NCBI GenBank assembly: GCA_963693055.1
Contig: OY843751.1
Span: forward strand, 4,128,001 to 4,192,000
Reading direction: 5' to 3'
Source: a bacterium
Lineage (GTDB): Bacteria > Zhuqueibacterota > Zhuqueibacteria > Residuimicrobiales > Krinioviventaceae
Length of the DNA: 64,000 bases
Both the position numbers and the translations under genes were made by a program. Numbering within the stretch: position 1 is the stretch's first letter; each line of letters begins with the position of its first letter. The notes below the pieces were generated by a model. It did not search any database. It was not told where the DNA came from and worked only from the letters and a program-made list of their open reading frames with translations. This document shows, in pieces, positions 38,301 through 46,766 of this stretch.

Positions 38301-38410
38301 GTAAGATCCAGGTTTAATCCAAAATATGATATAGCCCCAAACATCAATAATGCCAGCAAAAGCATAGAAATCATGATGGGCCGTTTTATGGATATATCAG
38401 ATAAAAACAT
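35333..38410 (-). CDS. RND efflux permease (AcrB/AcrD/AcrF family)
   Basis: 1025 aa; ISIKRP, VVVLENIFRH, GIVVNNAILLLD and LKPILMSS. Confidence 0.95.
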   Translation of the reverse strand: MFLSDISIKRPIMISMLLLALLMFGAISYFGLNLDLTPDMTFPMITVQTVYPGAGPQETELQITKRIEDAISTVSGIDYIQSYSMESASFVIIRFKLSKDVDIANQEVKDKVDAILNDMPDDADRPIIQKFDINSEPIMNIVLSGNIEMTELYELADKTLTDRFSQIQGVGEVSVTGGGEREIQVEFDNRTILQQKISISQLAGMLSMQNMDMPGGNFKQHSQEYSVRLEGEFDTVEDLKQLKVPTGFGMKPLSELARVRDATEEVRVRSTFVDNVNKLTNDNVVVLGLVKAKDGNAVRIATAVKERMPELQELLPEGCELSIIKDSSILIEGSVKDTLSNIFMGVILTGLVLLFFLSDLRSTIIVALSMPMSIISTFMLLQLSGFTLNLMTLMGLSTAVGVLVSNSVVVLENIFRHKNMGNSRREASAKGTAEVVVAVIASTMTNIAVFLPIANMGSIVGMMFKEFALTVVYATIFSLLMSFTLTPMLASLIIPEHDTKKHPIGKRMNAMFTAWEDWYKRLLSWIIKNKMRSFMVILVSIFMFVGSFFMASQIGFDFMPKLDEGDIKMEVELPTGYNLNETAQVLKEMQTRIEEYSEVKTIVTTLGKINDMDTGTNMALVNVKLVDVSLRDVTTGHMAAELIQKLSDLPNVRLRIEATSSMGMGTAPVNFTLMGQDVQELEKYRREIVERIHDVPGLINLNTSSRPGKPEITIVPDREKLSNAGLTIYDLAMTLRGSLEGLVTTKFRDQGEEYDIRVSLTDESVDTPEEVESISVVAPAGTFKISQLADIKYTQGFTRILHKDKFKMIDFGASTAPGVPMGDVTNEIDSRLADLELPPGYKVEWAGMAEEMKSTIQSMLFTFVLAIVLTYMLLAAILESFTQPLLILGTVPLAMIGVFGGLYITGISMNIISMMAIIMLLGIVVNNAILLLDYTNLLVRQKGYNVHDALVEACPTKLKPILMSSIAIILGMLPMALGIGASGREFRQPMGVVSIGGLLISTVLALIVIPTLYYLTSRQKVKKQA

Positions 38411-38481
38411 AAATTCAAATCCTTATACGTTAATCGATTTTTTAATATTCCACAATACTGGAATCTATACAAAAATATTTA

Positions 38482-39519
38482 TCAGGAATCAGCAATTACT
38501 CTAATTTTTTCACCATCCTTTAATAACATCTGACCACCAACAATTAACTGATCACCAACAGATAAACCTTCAACAACTTCAATATCCAATCCCTGGGTTC
38601 TTCCGGTTTTTATCTCACGTTTTTGTGCTTTACCACTCTGGTTCACAAAAACATAATTTGAATTTTCTTCCACAATTACATTTTTTCTTTCAACAATAAT
38701 GGTTTCGTCACCTTCACCACTGTATATTGTAATTTCTGCGTTAATTCCGCTTTTAAAACGTTTACCGGAATTATTCAGCTCTACCCATACACCAAAAGCT
38801 TGCATAGATGTATTTAATGATAAATCAACCTGGCTTACTCTGCCTTCAATTATCAAACCTTGCCATTTCGCAGTTACATTGTTACCAACTTTTATCACAG
38901 CAGCCTGACTTTCAGAAGCCCACAGTTTACCTTTCAACTTTTGAGTCTGACTGACCGTAAACAAAGCATCACCAGGACTCACATTATCAGATTCCTGCAC
39001 ATTGATCTGAGAAATAGTTCCACTGATAGGTGCCTTAACCATTATAGATTGCCTTACCGCATCCCAATTTGCTTCAGCTACTTTGAATTGGGTTTTTGTA
39101 TTATCAAAATCCTGCAAAGAAATACCACCGCTGTTATACAGATTGGTCATACGGTCCAAAGTTGTTTTTGCCAATTCGTAAGCTGATTTGGTTTGATTAT
39201 ATTGCGCGGATGGGTTGTCAGTAGGAAAGCTAATAACAACCGCGTCTTTTTCTACATAATCACCAACTTTGTAATAGATCTTTTCAACCTTGTCAGCAAC
39301 CATTGCACTTGCGTTTGATTCTTGTATACCACTCAAAGTAGAATGAAAAGTATTTTCTATACTGAACTTGTTTTTTTCAATCTGTTTAATTGTAACAGGT
39401 ACACCTTTTTCTTTATATATCTGCTCAAGACTTTTTGATTGTGATTCACTTTTTGTACAAGAGCTTGTAATAAAAACTGTGATTATTGCAATTAAAAATA
39501 TTACGATTCGGTTTCGCAT
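38482..39519 (-). CDS. RND periplasmic adaptor (membrane fusion protein)
   Basis: Lipoprotein-like signal (TSSC); KVGDYVEK, VKAPISG and VEGLSVGDQLIVGG. Confidence 0.9.
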   Translation of the reverse strand: MRNRIVIFLIAIITVFITSSCTKSESQSKSLEQIYKEKGVPVTIKQIEKNKFSIENTFHSTLSGIQESNASAMVADKVEKIYYKVGDYVEKDAVVISFPTDNPSAQYNQTKSAYELAKTTLDRMTNLYNSGGISLQDFDNTKTQFKVAEANWDAVRQSIMVKAPISGTISQINVQESDNVSPGDALFTVSQTQKLKGKLWASESQAAVIKVGNNVTAKWQGLIIEGRVSQVDLSLNTSMQAFGVWVELNNSGKRFKSGINAEITIYSGEGDETIIVERKNVIVEENSNYVFVNQSGKAQKREIKTGRTQGLDIEVVEGLSVGDQLIVGGQMLLKDGEKIRVIADS

Positions 39520-39550
39520 TCATGCCTCCATGATTTCAATTGGTTGTAAT

Positions 39551-39580
39551 ATACATTCATATATGCATGTATTGTATGTA
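39551..39580. promoter_or_regulatory. Putative AcrR-type operator upstream of the adaptor gene
   Basis: Imperfect palindrome ATACATTCAT-AT-ATGCATGTAT, followed by a further TGTATGTA half-site. Confidence 0.55.
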
Positions 39581-39603
39581 AAAAATTTTTATTTTACAAA
39601 CTC

Positions 39604-40236
39604 TTATTTCTCTACATTGTCGTCTTCATCCTTATTTTTTAATCCGTTAATAAAAATATCAAATAATGCCTCTGGATTTTTAACATCCACCATATTCCGT
39701 CTTCTTTTCACATAAATATCTGCAAAACCTGCAATAGTAGCACTCATCAAACTGCTAAAATGATGTGGATCAATAGGACGAATCTCACCTTGATTGATTC
39801 CGTCTTGCACAATGGATGTAAACATATTAAAAAACTTTTTTCCGCGTTCCTGAAAATATTCTTCTATTTCAGGCATTTCATGTATCATTCGCTTGTCCAT
39901 AAAATCAAGCTGCTGATTTTCAAGAAATTCTTTATCTTCTTTTAGCTTTTTTATAAATACATAAAAAATCTTTTCCAGCTTTTGTAATGGGGTAATATCT
40001 TCTTCTATGACATTATCAAATATCTCAAAAAACGGGTCAAGTCGTTCTTTGAACAAAGCAATCAATAATTCTTTTTTATTCCCAAAATGCCAATAAATTG
40101 CACCTCTGGTTAATCCCACATGCTCAGCAACATCGGATAAACGGAATGCGTTGAATCCTTTTTCGCTGATCACATGCAATGCAGATTTAAGTAATAATAT
40201 TCGTGTTTGTTCGGCTTCTTCTTTGGTACGTCGCAT
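39604..40236 (-). CDS. TetR/AcrR-family repressor
   Basis: MRRTKEEAEQTR..VGLTRGAIYWHF, closely matching the AcrR N-terminus. Confidence 0.9.
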   Translation of the reverse strand: MRRTKEEAEQTRILLLKSALHVISEKGFNAFRLSDVAEHVGLTRGAIYWHFGNKKELLIALFKERLDPFFEIFDNVIEEDITPLQKLEKIFYVFIKKLKEDKEFLENQQLDFMDKRMIHEMPEIEEYFQERGKKFFNMFTSIVQDGINQGEIRPIDPHHFSSLMSATIAGFADIYVKRRRNMVDVKNPEALFDIFINGLKNKDEDDNVEK

Positions 40237-40258
40237 TTCTATCCTTATATTTTAAAAT

Positions 40259-40282
40259 TACATACATACTTGTACGTATTTA
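40259..40282. promoter_or_regulatory. Putative AcrR-type operator upstream of the repressor gene
   Basis: TACATACATA-CTTG-TACGTATTTA, a 24-bp imperfect inverted repeat resembling the E. coli acr operator. Confidence 0.6.
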
Positions 40283-40331
40283 TTCGGAAAAGTTCCCAAA
40301 ATATTTAGTTTTTTTTCTTATTTTATGTAAT

Positions 40332-41543
40332 TTATTTTGTGTCCCAATAATTTATCGAGGGATCCAGAGTATAAAGTGACATAATCTCTGAACTCAGGTC
40401 GGTGCGGTTTATCCCGTTCACTTTGAACAATATTTCAAAACATTCAGTATTGCCCTGGTTTGTTTTAAATTTCTCCTGGACCGTTTTTAACAGTTGGGGA
40501 TTGGTTAAATACTTGACACTTTGTATTACTCCAATATCATGAAATGAAAGAAATAGCATTACTGTATTTCGGTTGGGACCCGAATACTTGGCTACTATGC
40601 TATAATCGTCATGCATTGACTCTGATTTGCCGATTTGATGATATTCTGTGGCTTCCTTTCCGGTTTTATCAATGAGCGATACGATGTTCCCTTCTGTATC
40701 AATCGTAAAATTAGAATTTAAGAAAAAATTATTAAAAAAACCACTAGTCTTGAATAATCCAATAAAAATCACATTATATTGCTGTAGATATTGCATATTA
40801 AACCGTGACATGAGACAAATCTCAAAATCTTGATCTCCCTCTATCAACACAGGCATTAATGCTTTAAGATAAAAAGGAGTACCATAGGCAAGATAACTAA
40901 AATCAATTTCCTGATAATGAATACTGCTATTGCTATTTTCAGATATATAGTGCTGAAAATCATTGCTGTTATTCACACTATAATCTCGTATTACAGCCGA
41001 CTGTTTCGTTATATCGTCTGTTTGTTGAAAGAAATAATAATCGCCCAGTACTATCATTACTGGTTTTTCGTCATGTACTATATCCTTCCAAATAGAAGAA
41101 TTAGATACACCCATCTGCCCTTGCTGCCAAATCAGATAAACCCATACAAACACTACTATTCCCAGGCATACCAGAGCTCCAATTGCAAGAATTTTCCACA
41201 TATTATTCCTGGTATATATCGAATCTTTTTTTTCAATAAATTCAATTTTATAGCGTCCTTTAGGTATCCTAAAGACAACCTTATCGTCCCTGCCTTCTGT
41301 CAGATAATAATGTTCAAGCTTTTTACGCAGTAAATGGATCTTTACTCTAACAAATGTAAAGTCCTGGTTTGTATTACCAGAGGTATCCCTTTGAAAAAGA
41401 TCATAGGCAATTTGTGATTCTTTGGGTATTTCCCCATCACGCGTTGCCTCATACAAATAGATCAGTAACTGCCGGTCATTTTCCGATTTAAACTCGCTAC
41501 TGCTTAAAATTTTCTCAAGATGTGAATCATAAACCGTATTCAT
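40332..41543 (-). CDS. Membrane-anchored regulator-like protein (N-terminal winged-helix-like domain, one TM, periplasmic domain)
   Basis: ILSSSEF..LLIYL..KESQIA..VRVKIHLLRKKLEHYY..IPKGRY N-terminal motif, then a TM segment. Confidence 0.65.
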   Translation of the reverse strand: MNTVYDSHLEKILSSSEFKSENDRQLLIYLYEATRDGEIPKESQIAYDLFQRDTSGNTNQDFTFVRVKIHLLRKKLEHYYLTEGRDDKVVFRIPKGRYKIEFIEKKDSIYTRNNMWKILAIGALVCLGIVVFVWVYLIWQQGQMGVSNSSIWKDIVHDEKPVMIVLGDYYFFQQTDDITKQSAVIRDYSVNNSNDFQHYISENSNSSIHYQEIDFSYLAYGTPFYLKALMPVLIEGDQDFEICLMSRFNMQYLQQYNVIFIGLFKTSGFFNNFFLNSNFTIDTEGNIVSLIDKTGKEATEYHQIGKSESMHDDYSIVAKYSGPNRNTVMLFLSFHDIGVIQSVKYLTNPQLLKTVQEKFKTNQGNTECFEILFKVNGINRTDLSSEIMSLYTLDPSINYWDTK

Positions 41544-41661
41544 TAAACTGCCTGAAAGTAAGTTTTTTACCGTTAATAACCGTTATTTACTGTACTTTGA
41601 CATAAATTCTTTTAATTTAATTAAAAAGCTAACAATAATATCAATAGGATCAAAAAGAAAA

Positions 41662-43230
41662 ATGAAAAACATTATGCAATCTGGTAAAGCAATTACAGTT
41701 TTAACTGTACTGCGGGTAATTGTAGGTTGGCATTTTTTATATGAAGGAATTGCCAAACTCGTAAATCCAAACTGGTCAGCTGCTGCATACTTGATGGAAT
41801 CCAAATGGCTTTTTTCCGGCTTTTTCCATTGGATCATCGCTAATCCCACAATCCTGAATATTGTTGATTTTCTCAATATCTGGGGACTCATTTTTATTGG
41901 TCTCGGATTATTTGTGGGCTTGTTTACACGCACCGCAAGTTATGCGGGTATTTTTTTGCTAATGCTTTATTATGTCGCTAATCCCCCCTTTGTTCACTCT
42001 AGCGCACCATCAGAAGGACATTATTACATCATAAACAAAAACCTCATAGAAGCCGCAATCCTTCTCCTGTTTGCTTTGATGAATAAAGAATCCCTATGGG
42101 GAATTGACAGGCTTTTATCATTCTATATGCAAAAACGCAAAAACAAAACCTTCCCTGAAGCAGACAATCATGACCTTAAAGAATTTGTTGATAATCCAAG
42201 AAGAGAGCTCTTGAAAAATCTGGTTACTCTGCCGGTGATGGGTGCCGCTTTTTTCGGTGTAGCTAAAAAACATGGTTGGATCAGCTTTGAAGAAAACAAT
42301 CTACAGGCTGCAGACGCACAGACAAGTGCTTCAGTAATATTCTCAAGTGGTATGGATATTAAAGAATTAAAAGCTCAAGTTCCTCATGGAAAGATCAAAG
42401 ACAACCAAATCAGCCGCATTATCGTTGGCGGCAACCTGGTTAGCGGATTTGCCCATTCACGTGATCTCATATATGTCTCTTCCATTTTGAAAAAATATTT
42501 CACAGATGAAAAAGTAATTGAAACCCTGTGGCTATGTGAAGCATGCGGAATCAATACCGCTCTGCTCAGAACCGATGAAAGCACCATCCGAATTCTTGAT
42601 AAATATTGGAAACGAGGCGGAAAAATCCAATGGCTTGCCCAAACATATCCCAAAGAAAATGACTTTACAAATGTACAAATGGCAATTGACAATGGCGCCA
42701 TGGGAGCATTCTGCCAGGGAGCAATTGCAGATACATTTATTCGAGACAATAAACTGGATGATTTGGAAAAAACAATCTCTTTTATCAGAAGCAAAGGTAT
42801 CATTGCCGGTACCGCCGCGCATTCACTCCAGGTACCAATCGTTTGTGAAAAATCGGGATTGGATCTGGATTTCTATATGAAAACCCTGCACCATGATAAA
42901 TACTGGTCAGCTCACCCCAAAGAAATGCGTATCGAATTCAACCAGTTACAACCCAATAACGATGATCACAACCGCTACCATGATAACATCTGGTGCATCA
43001 ACCCTGAAGAAACCGTAGAGTTTTTCAAAAACGTTACCACTCCCATGATCGCTTACAAAGTTTTGGCTGCTGGCGCAATTGATCCCAAAGAGGGTTTACA
43101 TTACGTTTTTAGTAGTGGTGCCGACTTTGCATGTGTAGGTATGTTTGATTTTCAGGTAGTTGAAAACGCAAATATTACACATGATATTCTAAGCCAAAAC
43201 CTCGCACGCGAACGTAAATGGTATGCTTAA
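41662..43230 (+). CDS. DoxX/TQO-DoxD membrane domain fused to an aldo-keto-reductase-like domain
   Basis: LRVIVGWHFLYEGIAKL..INKNLIE (DoxX), then PRRELLKNL, ISRIIVGGN and IAYKVLAAG. Confidence 0.7.
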   Translation: MKNIMQSGKAITVLTVLRVIVGWHFLYEGIAKLVNPNWSAAAYLMESKWLFSGFFHWIIANPTILNIVDFLNIWGLIFIGLGLFVGLFTRTASYAGIFLLMLYYVANPPFVHSSAPSEGHYYIINKNLIEAAILLLFALMNKESLWGIDRLLSFYMQKRKNKTFPEADNHDLKEFVDNPRRELLKNLVTLPVMGAAFFGVAKKHGWISFEENNLQAADAQTSASVIFSSGMDIKELKAQVPHGKIKDNQISRIIVGGNLVSGFAHSRDLIYVSSILKKYFTDEKVIETLWLCEACGINTALLRTDESTIRILDKYWKRGGKIQWLAQTYPKENDFTNVQMAIDNGAMGAFCQGAIADTFIRDNKLDDLEKTISFIRSKGIIAGTAAHSLQVPIVCEKSGLDLDFYMKTLHHDKYWSAHPKEMRIEFNQLQPNNDDHNRYHDNIWCINPEETVEFFKNVTTPMIAYKVLAAGAIDPKEGLHYVFSSGADFACVGMFDFQVVENANITHDILSQNLARERKWYA

Positions 43231-43258
43231 AATTTATTCCTCATTCATTTCTTCACTC

Positions 43259-43288
43259 AGGTCCCGGGTTTCACCTGGGGCCTTTTTT
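43259..43288 (+). terminator. Rho-independent terminator
   Basis: AGGTCCCGGG/CCTGGGGCCT stem plus T-tract. Confidence 0.7.
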
Positions 43289-43420
43289 AAATTCTTAAAA
43301 AAGAAAAAAGTAAAAGACCATTCTCTTTGCATAATATAAAAGCAATCACATATTATTTTTCTTGAAAGTTTGCTAAAATAGTTTATATTAATATCGTCAA
43401 ATAATGTTTTGGATGCTTAA

Positions 43421-44230
43421 ATGGACCTGAAAAACACTTTATTATTTCTAACTATATTTTCATCATTTCAGCTATTCTCCTGTGCGGCAGAAACCCCGCT
43501 CCCCCAAAAGGGCCTTTGCGCGCATCGTGGTGCCAATAGTACGCATCCTGAAAACACATTGCCCGCGTTTCAGGAAGCAATTGATCTTGGCGCGCAAATG
43601 ATTGAATTTGATGTCCGCCAAACGCAAGACAAACATCTCGTAATTATGCATGATGAAACATTAGACAGAACCACCAACGGAACCGGAGCAGTCACAGAAT
43701 CTACTTTTGACTATATACGCTCTCTTGATGCAGGTAGCTGGAAATCAGATAAATTTGCAAACACACAGGTACCCACCTTTCAGGAAACACTCCATATGAT
43801 GCCTCGTAATATATGGCTCAATATTCATATCAAAGGAGATCCACAAATGGGTGCAGAGATAGCCCAAATAGTAGTTAAAGAAAAACGTCTGCATCAGTCA
43901 GTACTGGCTTGCTCTTATGACATGGCTCAGGCTGCATTAAAAGTGAATGACAATATACTCATTTGTAATATGGACAGGCAAGATTCTTCCTTGCAATACA
44001 CCAAAGAAACGATACAAAACAACTGTGAATTTTTGCAATTGAAAACACGGGCCGATTCTGTGCTAAACCAAATAATACCTCAATTGCATGCAAACAATAT
44101 AAAAATCAATTATTTTAGCTGTAATTCCCCCGTCAAAATGAAATCATTGTTCAATGCAGGAGTGGATTTTATATTAACAGACAATCTGGCAGAATTAATG
44201 TCTGAATATAAGCGTTCAGCTCAACATTGA
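43421..44230 (+). CDS. Glycerophosphodiester phosphodiesterase family lipoprotein
   Basis: AHRGA..PENTL, IEFDV, IMHD and GVDFILTD. Confidence 0.9.
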   Translation: MDLKNTLLFLTIFSSFQLFSCAAETPLPQKGLCAHRGANSTHPENTLPAFQEAIDLGAQMIEFDVRQTQDKHLVIMHDETLDRTTNGTGAVTESTFDYIRSLDAGSWKSDKFANTQVPTFQETLHMMPRNIWLNIHIKGDPQMGAEIAQIVVKEKRLHQSVLACSYDMAQAALKVNDNILICNMDRQDSSLQYTKETIQNNCEFLQLKTRADSVLNQIIPQLHANNIKINYFSCNSPVKMKSLFNAGVDFILTDNLAELMSEYKRSAQH

Positions 44231-44302
44231 TGGTATTAACTCTTTGAGTGAATACCGAAAAATCCGCAACAAAATATTTTTTGCCTCCTGAATGCCCACA
44301 AC

Positions 44303-44318
44303 CGGCACATGGATTGCA
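44303..44318 (+). promoter_or_regulatory. Putative sigma54 (-24/-12) promoter
   Basis: CGGCAC-ATGGA-TTGCA with exact GG-N10-GC spacing, about 60 bp upstream of 44380. Confidence 0.55.
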
Positions 44319-44379
44319 AAATATTAAATTATGAAAAATTTGTTATGATTTGTATATTAATATGAACCGAGGTTAAATT

Positions 44380-44748
44380 ATGTCCGTCTATTGTAAATAC
44401 GATAATGAAGAAAATATTCTTCATATTAAAACAGACAAGACATTATCAAAAGAAGCATTAAGCGAATACCGTACAATGCTGAAAACTTTGCAGCTTAAAC
44501 CCGGCGTAAAATGCCTGGCCGACTTTACAGAAGCCTGTTACTATACAAGAATAGAAGACATGCTTTTAATTGTTGGTGCTGCCGAAGAAACTGGTAATCT
44601 TTTGTCAAACTCACAAATCGCACTTTGTACCAATAATGACCTGGCTTTTCGAATGGCTCTAATATACGAAGCCGTTAGCAACAGAACCAAGGCTTGGGTA
44701 AAAATCTTCCAGAGTCCCAACGAAGCGATTTTGTGGTTTAAAAATTAA
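44380..44748 (+). CDS. STAS/SEC14 (SpoIIAA-like) small protein
   Basis: LADFT, IAL...LAFRMA and IFQSPNEAILWF pattern. Confidence 0.6.
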   Translation: MSVYCKYDNEENILHIKTDKTLSKEALSEYRTMLKTLQLKPGVKCLADFTEACYYTRIEDMLLIVGAAEETGNLLSNSQIALCTNNDLAFRMALIYEAVSNRTKAWVKIFQSPNEAILWFKN

Positions 44749-44795
44749 AAAAAGTTAATAACAAAATCCAGATAGTAAACTATTGGGGTGCAGTA

Positions 44796-45170
44796 TTGCC
44801 TATATCGTTTGAATTTGATAAAGAGAATAATATTCTCTATGAATTCGGAACAGGCCCATTATGTGTTGATGACTTTATTCAACATCGGCAAACTATTTCC
44901 AAACTTGCTTTAAAATCCGGTCTAAAATGTTTATGCAATTACAGTGGTGCTGAAATCGATATGCACTTTAATGATATGCAGCAAATATCATTATCTGTCA
45001 TTAGATCAACAGAAATGGTGCAAATAGATAATATACAAATTGCTATCATTACAGACAATGATCTGGGATACGGCCTGGCGCGCATCTGTGAAGCAATGAC
45101 TTCAGATGAAAAACATGATGTTCAGGTTTTTAGATCTATAGAAAATGCAAAAACATGGTTGGATATCTAA
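44796..45170 (+). CDS. STAS/SEC14 (SpoIIAA-like) small protein, paralog
   Basis: IAIITDNDLGYGLAR and VFRSIENAKTWL; similar to 44380..44748. Confidence 0.65.
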   Translation: MPISFEFDKENNILYEFGTGPLCVDDFIQHRQTISKLALKSGLKCLCNYSGAEIDMHFNDMQQISLSVIRSTEMVQIDNIQIAIITDNDLGYGLARICEAMTSDEKHDVQVFRSIENAKTWLDI

Positions 45171-45247
45171 AAACTTTTAATCATTATATTTCCTGCAAAA
45201 TTTACTAGAAAACTCTATCGAAAAACGCTTGTATTCCTGACACAATA

Positions 45248-45769
45248 GTGTATATTATAGTATCCACACTCCAGGAGTTGCTTTTGAAATCTAGAATTAT
45301 ATTTGATTCGGTTTTTGGAAATACTGAGGAAATTGCAAAAGCAATGTACAATGCAATTTATACAAATATTGATATAGAGATATCAAGAGTAAATGACACA
45401 CATCCTCAGGATTTGTTAAATTCTGATTTGCTCATTGTCGGCTCTCCTACACGGGCGTTCAGTCCTACACCGTCTACAACAAAACTCTTGAAACAAATCA
45501 AAGCAAGAGGATTAAAAGACACTTTTATTGCAGCGTTTGATACACGAATGGAAATTGATAAAATTAATTCAAAATTCCTTCAAATAATGGAAAAATTATT
45601 TGGATACGCGGCCAAACCCATAGCAGATCTGCTGGTTAAAAAAGGAGGCAAACTTGTTGCGCCACCAGAAGGCTTTATTGTCGATGGAGAACAAGGGCCG
45701 TTAAAAGCAGGTGAACTTGAGCGCGCCGCAAATTGGGCCAAAACTTTATTAACTCAAATAGAAGATTAA
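45248..45769 (+). CDS. Flavodoxin-family protein
   Basis: DSVFGNTEEIA, LIVGSPT, AAFDTR and GPLKAGELERA. The true start is probably a TTG about 36 nt downstream. Confidence 0.9.
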   Translation: MYIIVSTLQELLLKSRIIFDSVFGNTEEIAKAMYNAIYTNIDIEISRVNDTHPQDLLNSDLLIVGSPTRAFSPTPSTTKLLKQIKARGLKDTFIAAFDTRMEIDKINSKFLQIMEKLFGYAAKPIADLLVKKGGKLVAPPEGFIVDGEQGPLKAGELERAANWAKTLLTQIED

Positions 45770-45770
45770 T

Positions 45771-46076
45771 ATGAAATACTCTGAAATCCAAATCGACAAT
45801 CCTATCGATCTAAAAAGTATCAACAAATTCATCAAAGATCTGGGAAACTGTGAAACACCACAACTTTTAATCAACATCGGTGATCATCACTTTGAATCTA
45901 TCGAAGCAATTCAAGAGCTCAAAACCAGACTCTTGAACAAGGCAGCCATATTAGACCGCTTTGAAAAAATCGCAATCATTCACCCTCCCGGCTTTCCAAA
46001 TGAGAGTGAAGATGAAGACATTTACCGCTATTTTAGTGAACAAAAAGAAGCTGTCAAGTGGTTAAATAAAAAATAA
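45771..46076 (+). CDS. STAS/SEC14-like small protein
   Basis: FEKIAII...RYFSEQKEAVKWL. Confidence 0.55.
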   Translation: MKYSEIQIDNPIDLKSINKFIKDLGNCETPQLLINIGDHHFESIEAIQELKTRLLNKAAILDRFEKIAIIHPPGFPNESEDEDIYRYFSEQKEAVKWLNKK

Positions 46077-46230
46077 ACCATCAGCAGGGGCGTTGAGAAA
46101 AAAAAAGTTTTGCTGTTGGTAAAATTCAGCCCTACCAGTAATCAAAACTTGCCTGGCTCCCGGCAAAATCAAGAGACAAACTCGCAATAGCCTGGAGAGT
46201 GATTTTCAGTCAATTTTAGATTACCTGAAT

Positions 46231-46261
46231 AAAAAAAAGGAGACCCTCAGGCCTCCTTTTT
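46231..46261. terminator. Bidirectional terminator
   Basis: A8-GGAG..CTCC-T5 between convergent genes. Confidence 0.7.
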
Positions 46262-46286
46262 ATGTTTCAAAACTATTGTTTCCAGT

Positions 46287-46751
46287 CTATTTTGCCATGC
46301 CTTCCAATGCGGTCAGCTTTTCTAACGGACTTTTAAAAGCGTCTCCACTTCCCGCCGCCGGAGCTGCCAGTTCGAGCGATTCCAATCGCTCAAGTGGACT
46401 ACCACTCAAAGGTTCGCTGAATTCCGTACCACTTGTTGCGCTATAATCATCCTCATCAGACAGCAATACATCACCAACCTGTATATATTGTCCGTTAAAA
46501 GATTCCACTTCTTTGGCAGCAATACCATTTTGTAGCGCTTTAACAATCTCTAACCGGCCAATACGTTCATAATCAAAACCAACCATACGGTATACATCGT
46601 ACTGCATACCGCGATCACCCAAATCCATATTGGTATTGATCAGCACATAATTATTGATAATCCTGACAACCTGGCCTATCTCTGTGGCAGCTTGCAGGCC
46701 GGCTGTTAGAATTAGCAGAAACACCAGAATATTTATAAATTTGTTCATCAT
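46287..46751 (-). CDS. Secreted hypothetical protein (FlgT C-terminal-like beta domain)
   Basis: Signal peptide; V.IN..G..GM.YDVYR..IGRLEIV..IQVGD pattern. Confidence 0.45.
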   Translation of the reverse strand: MMNKFINILVFLLILTAGLQAATEIGQVVRIINNYVLINTNMDLGDRGMQYDVYRMVGFDYERIGRLEIVKALQNGIAAKEVESFNGQYIQVGDVLLSDEDDYSATSGTEFSEPLSGSPLERLESLELAAPAAGSGDAFKSPLEKLTALEGMAK

Positions 46752-46766
46752 AACCTCTACAATTTA

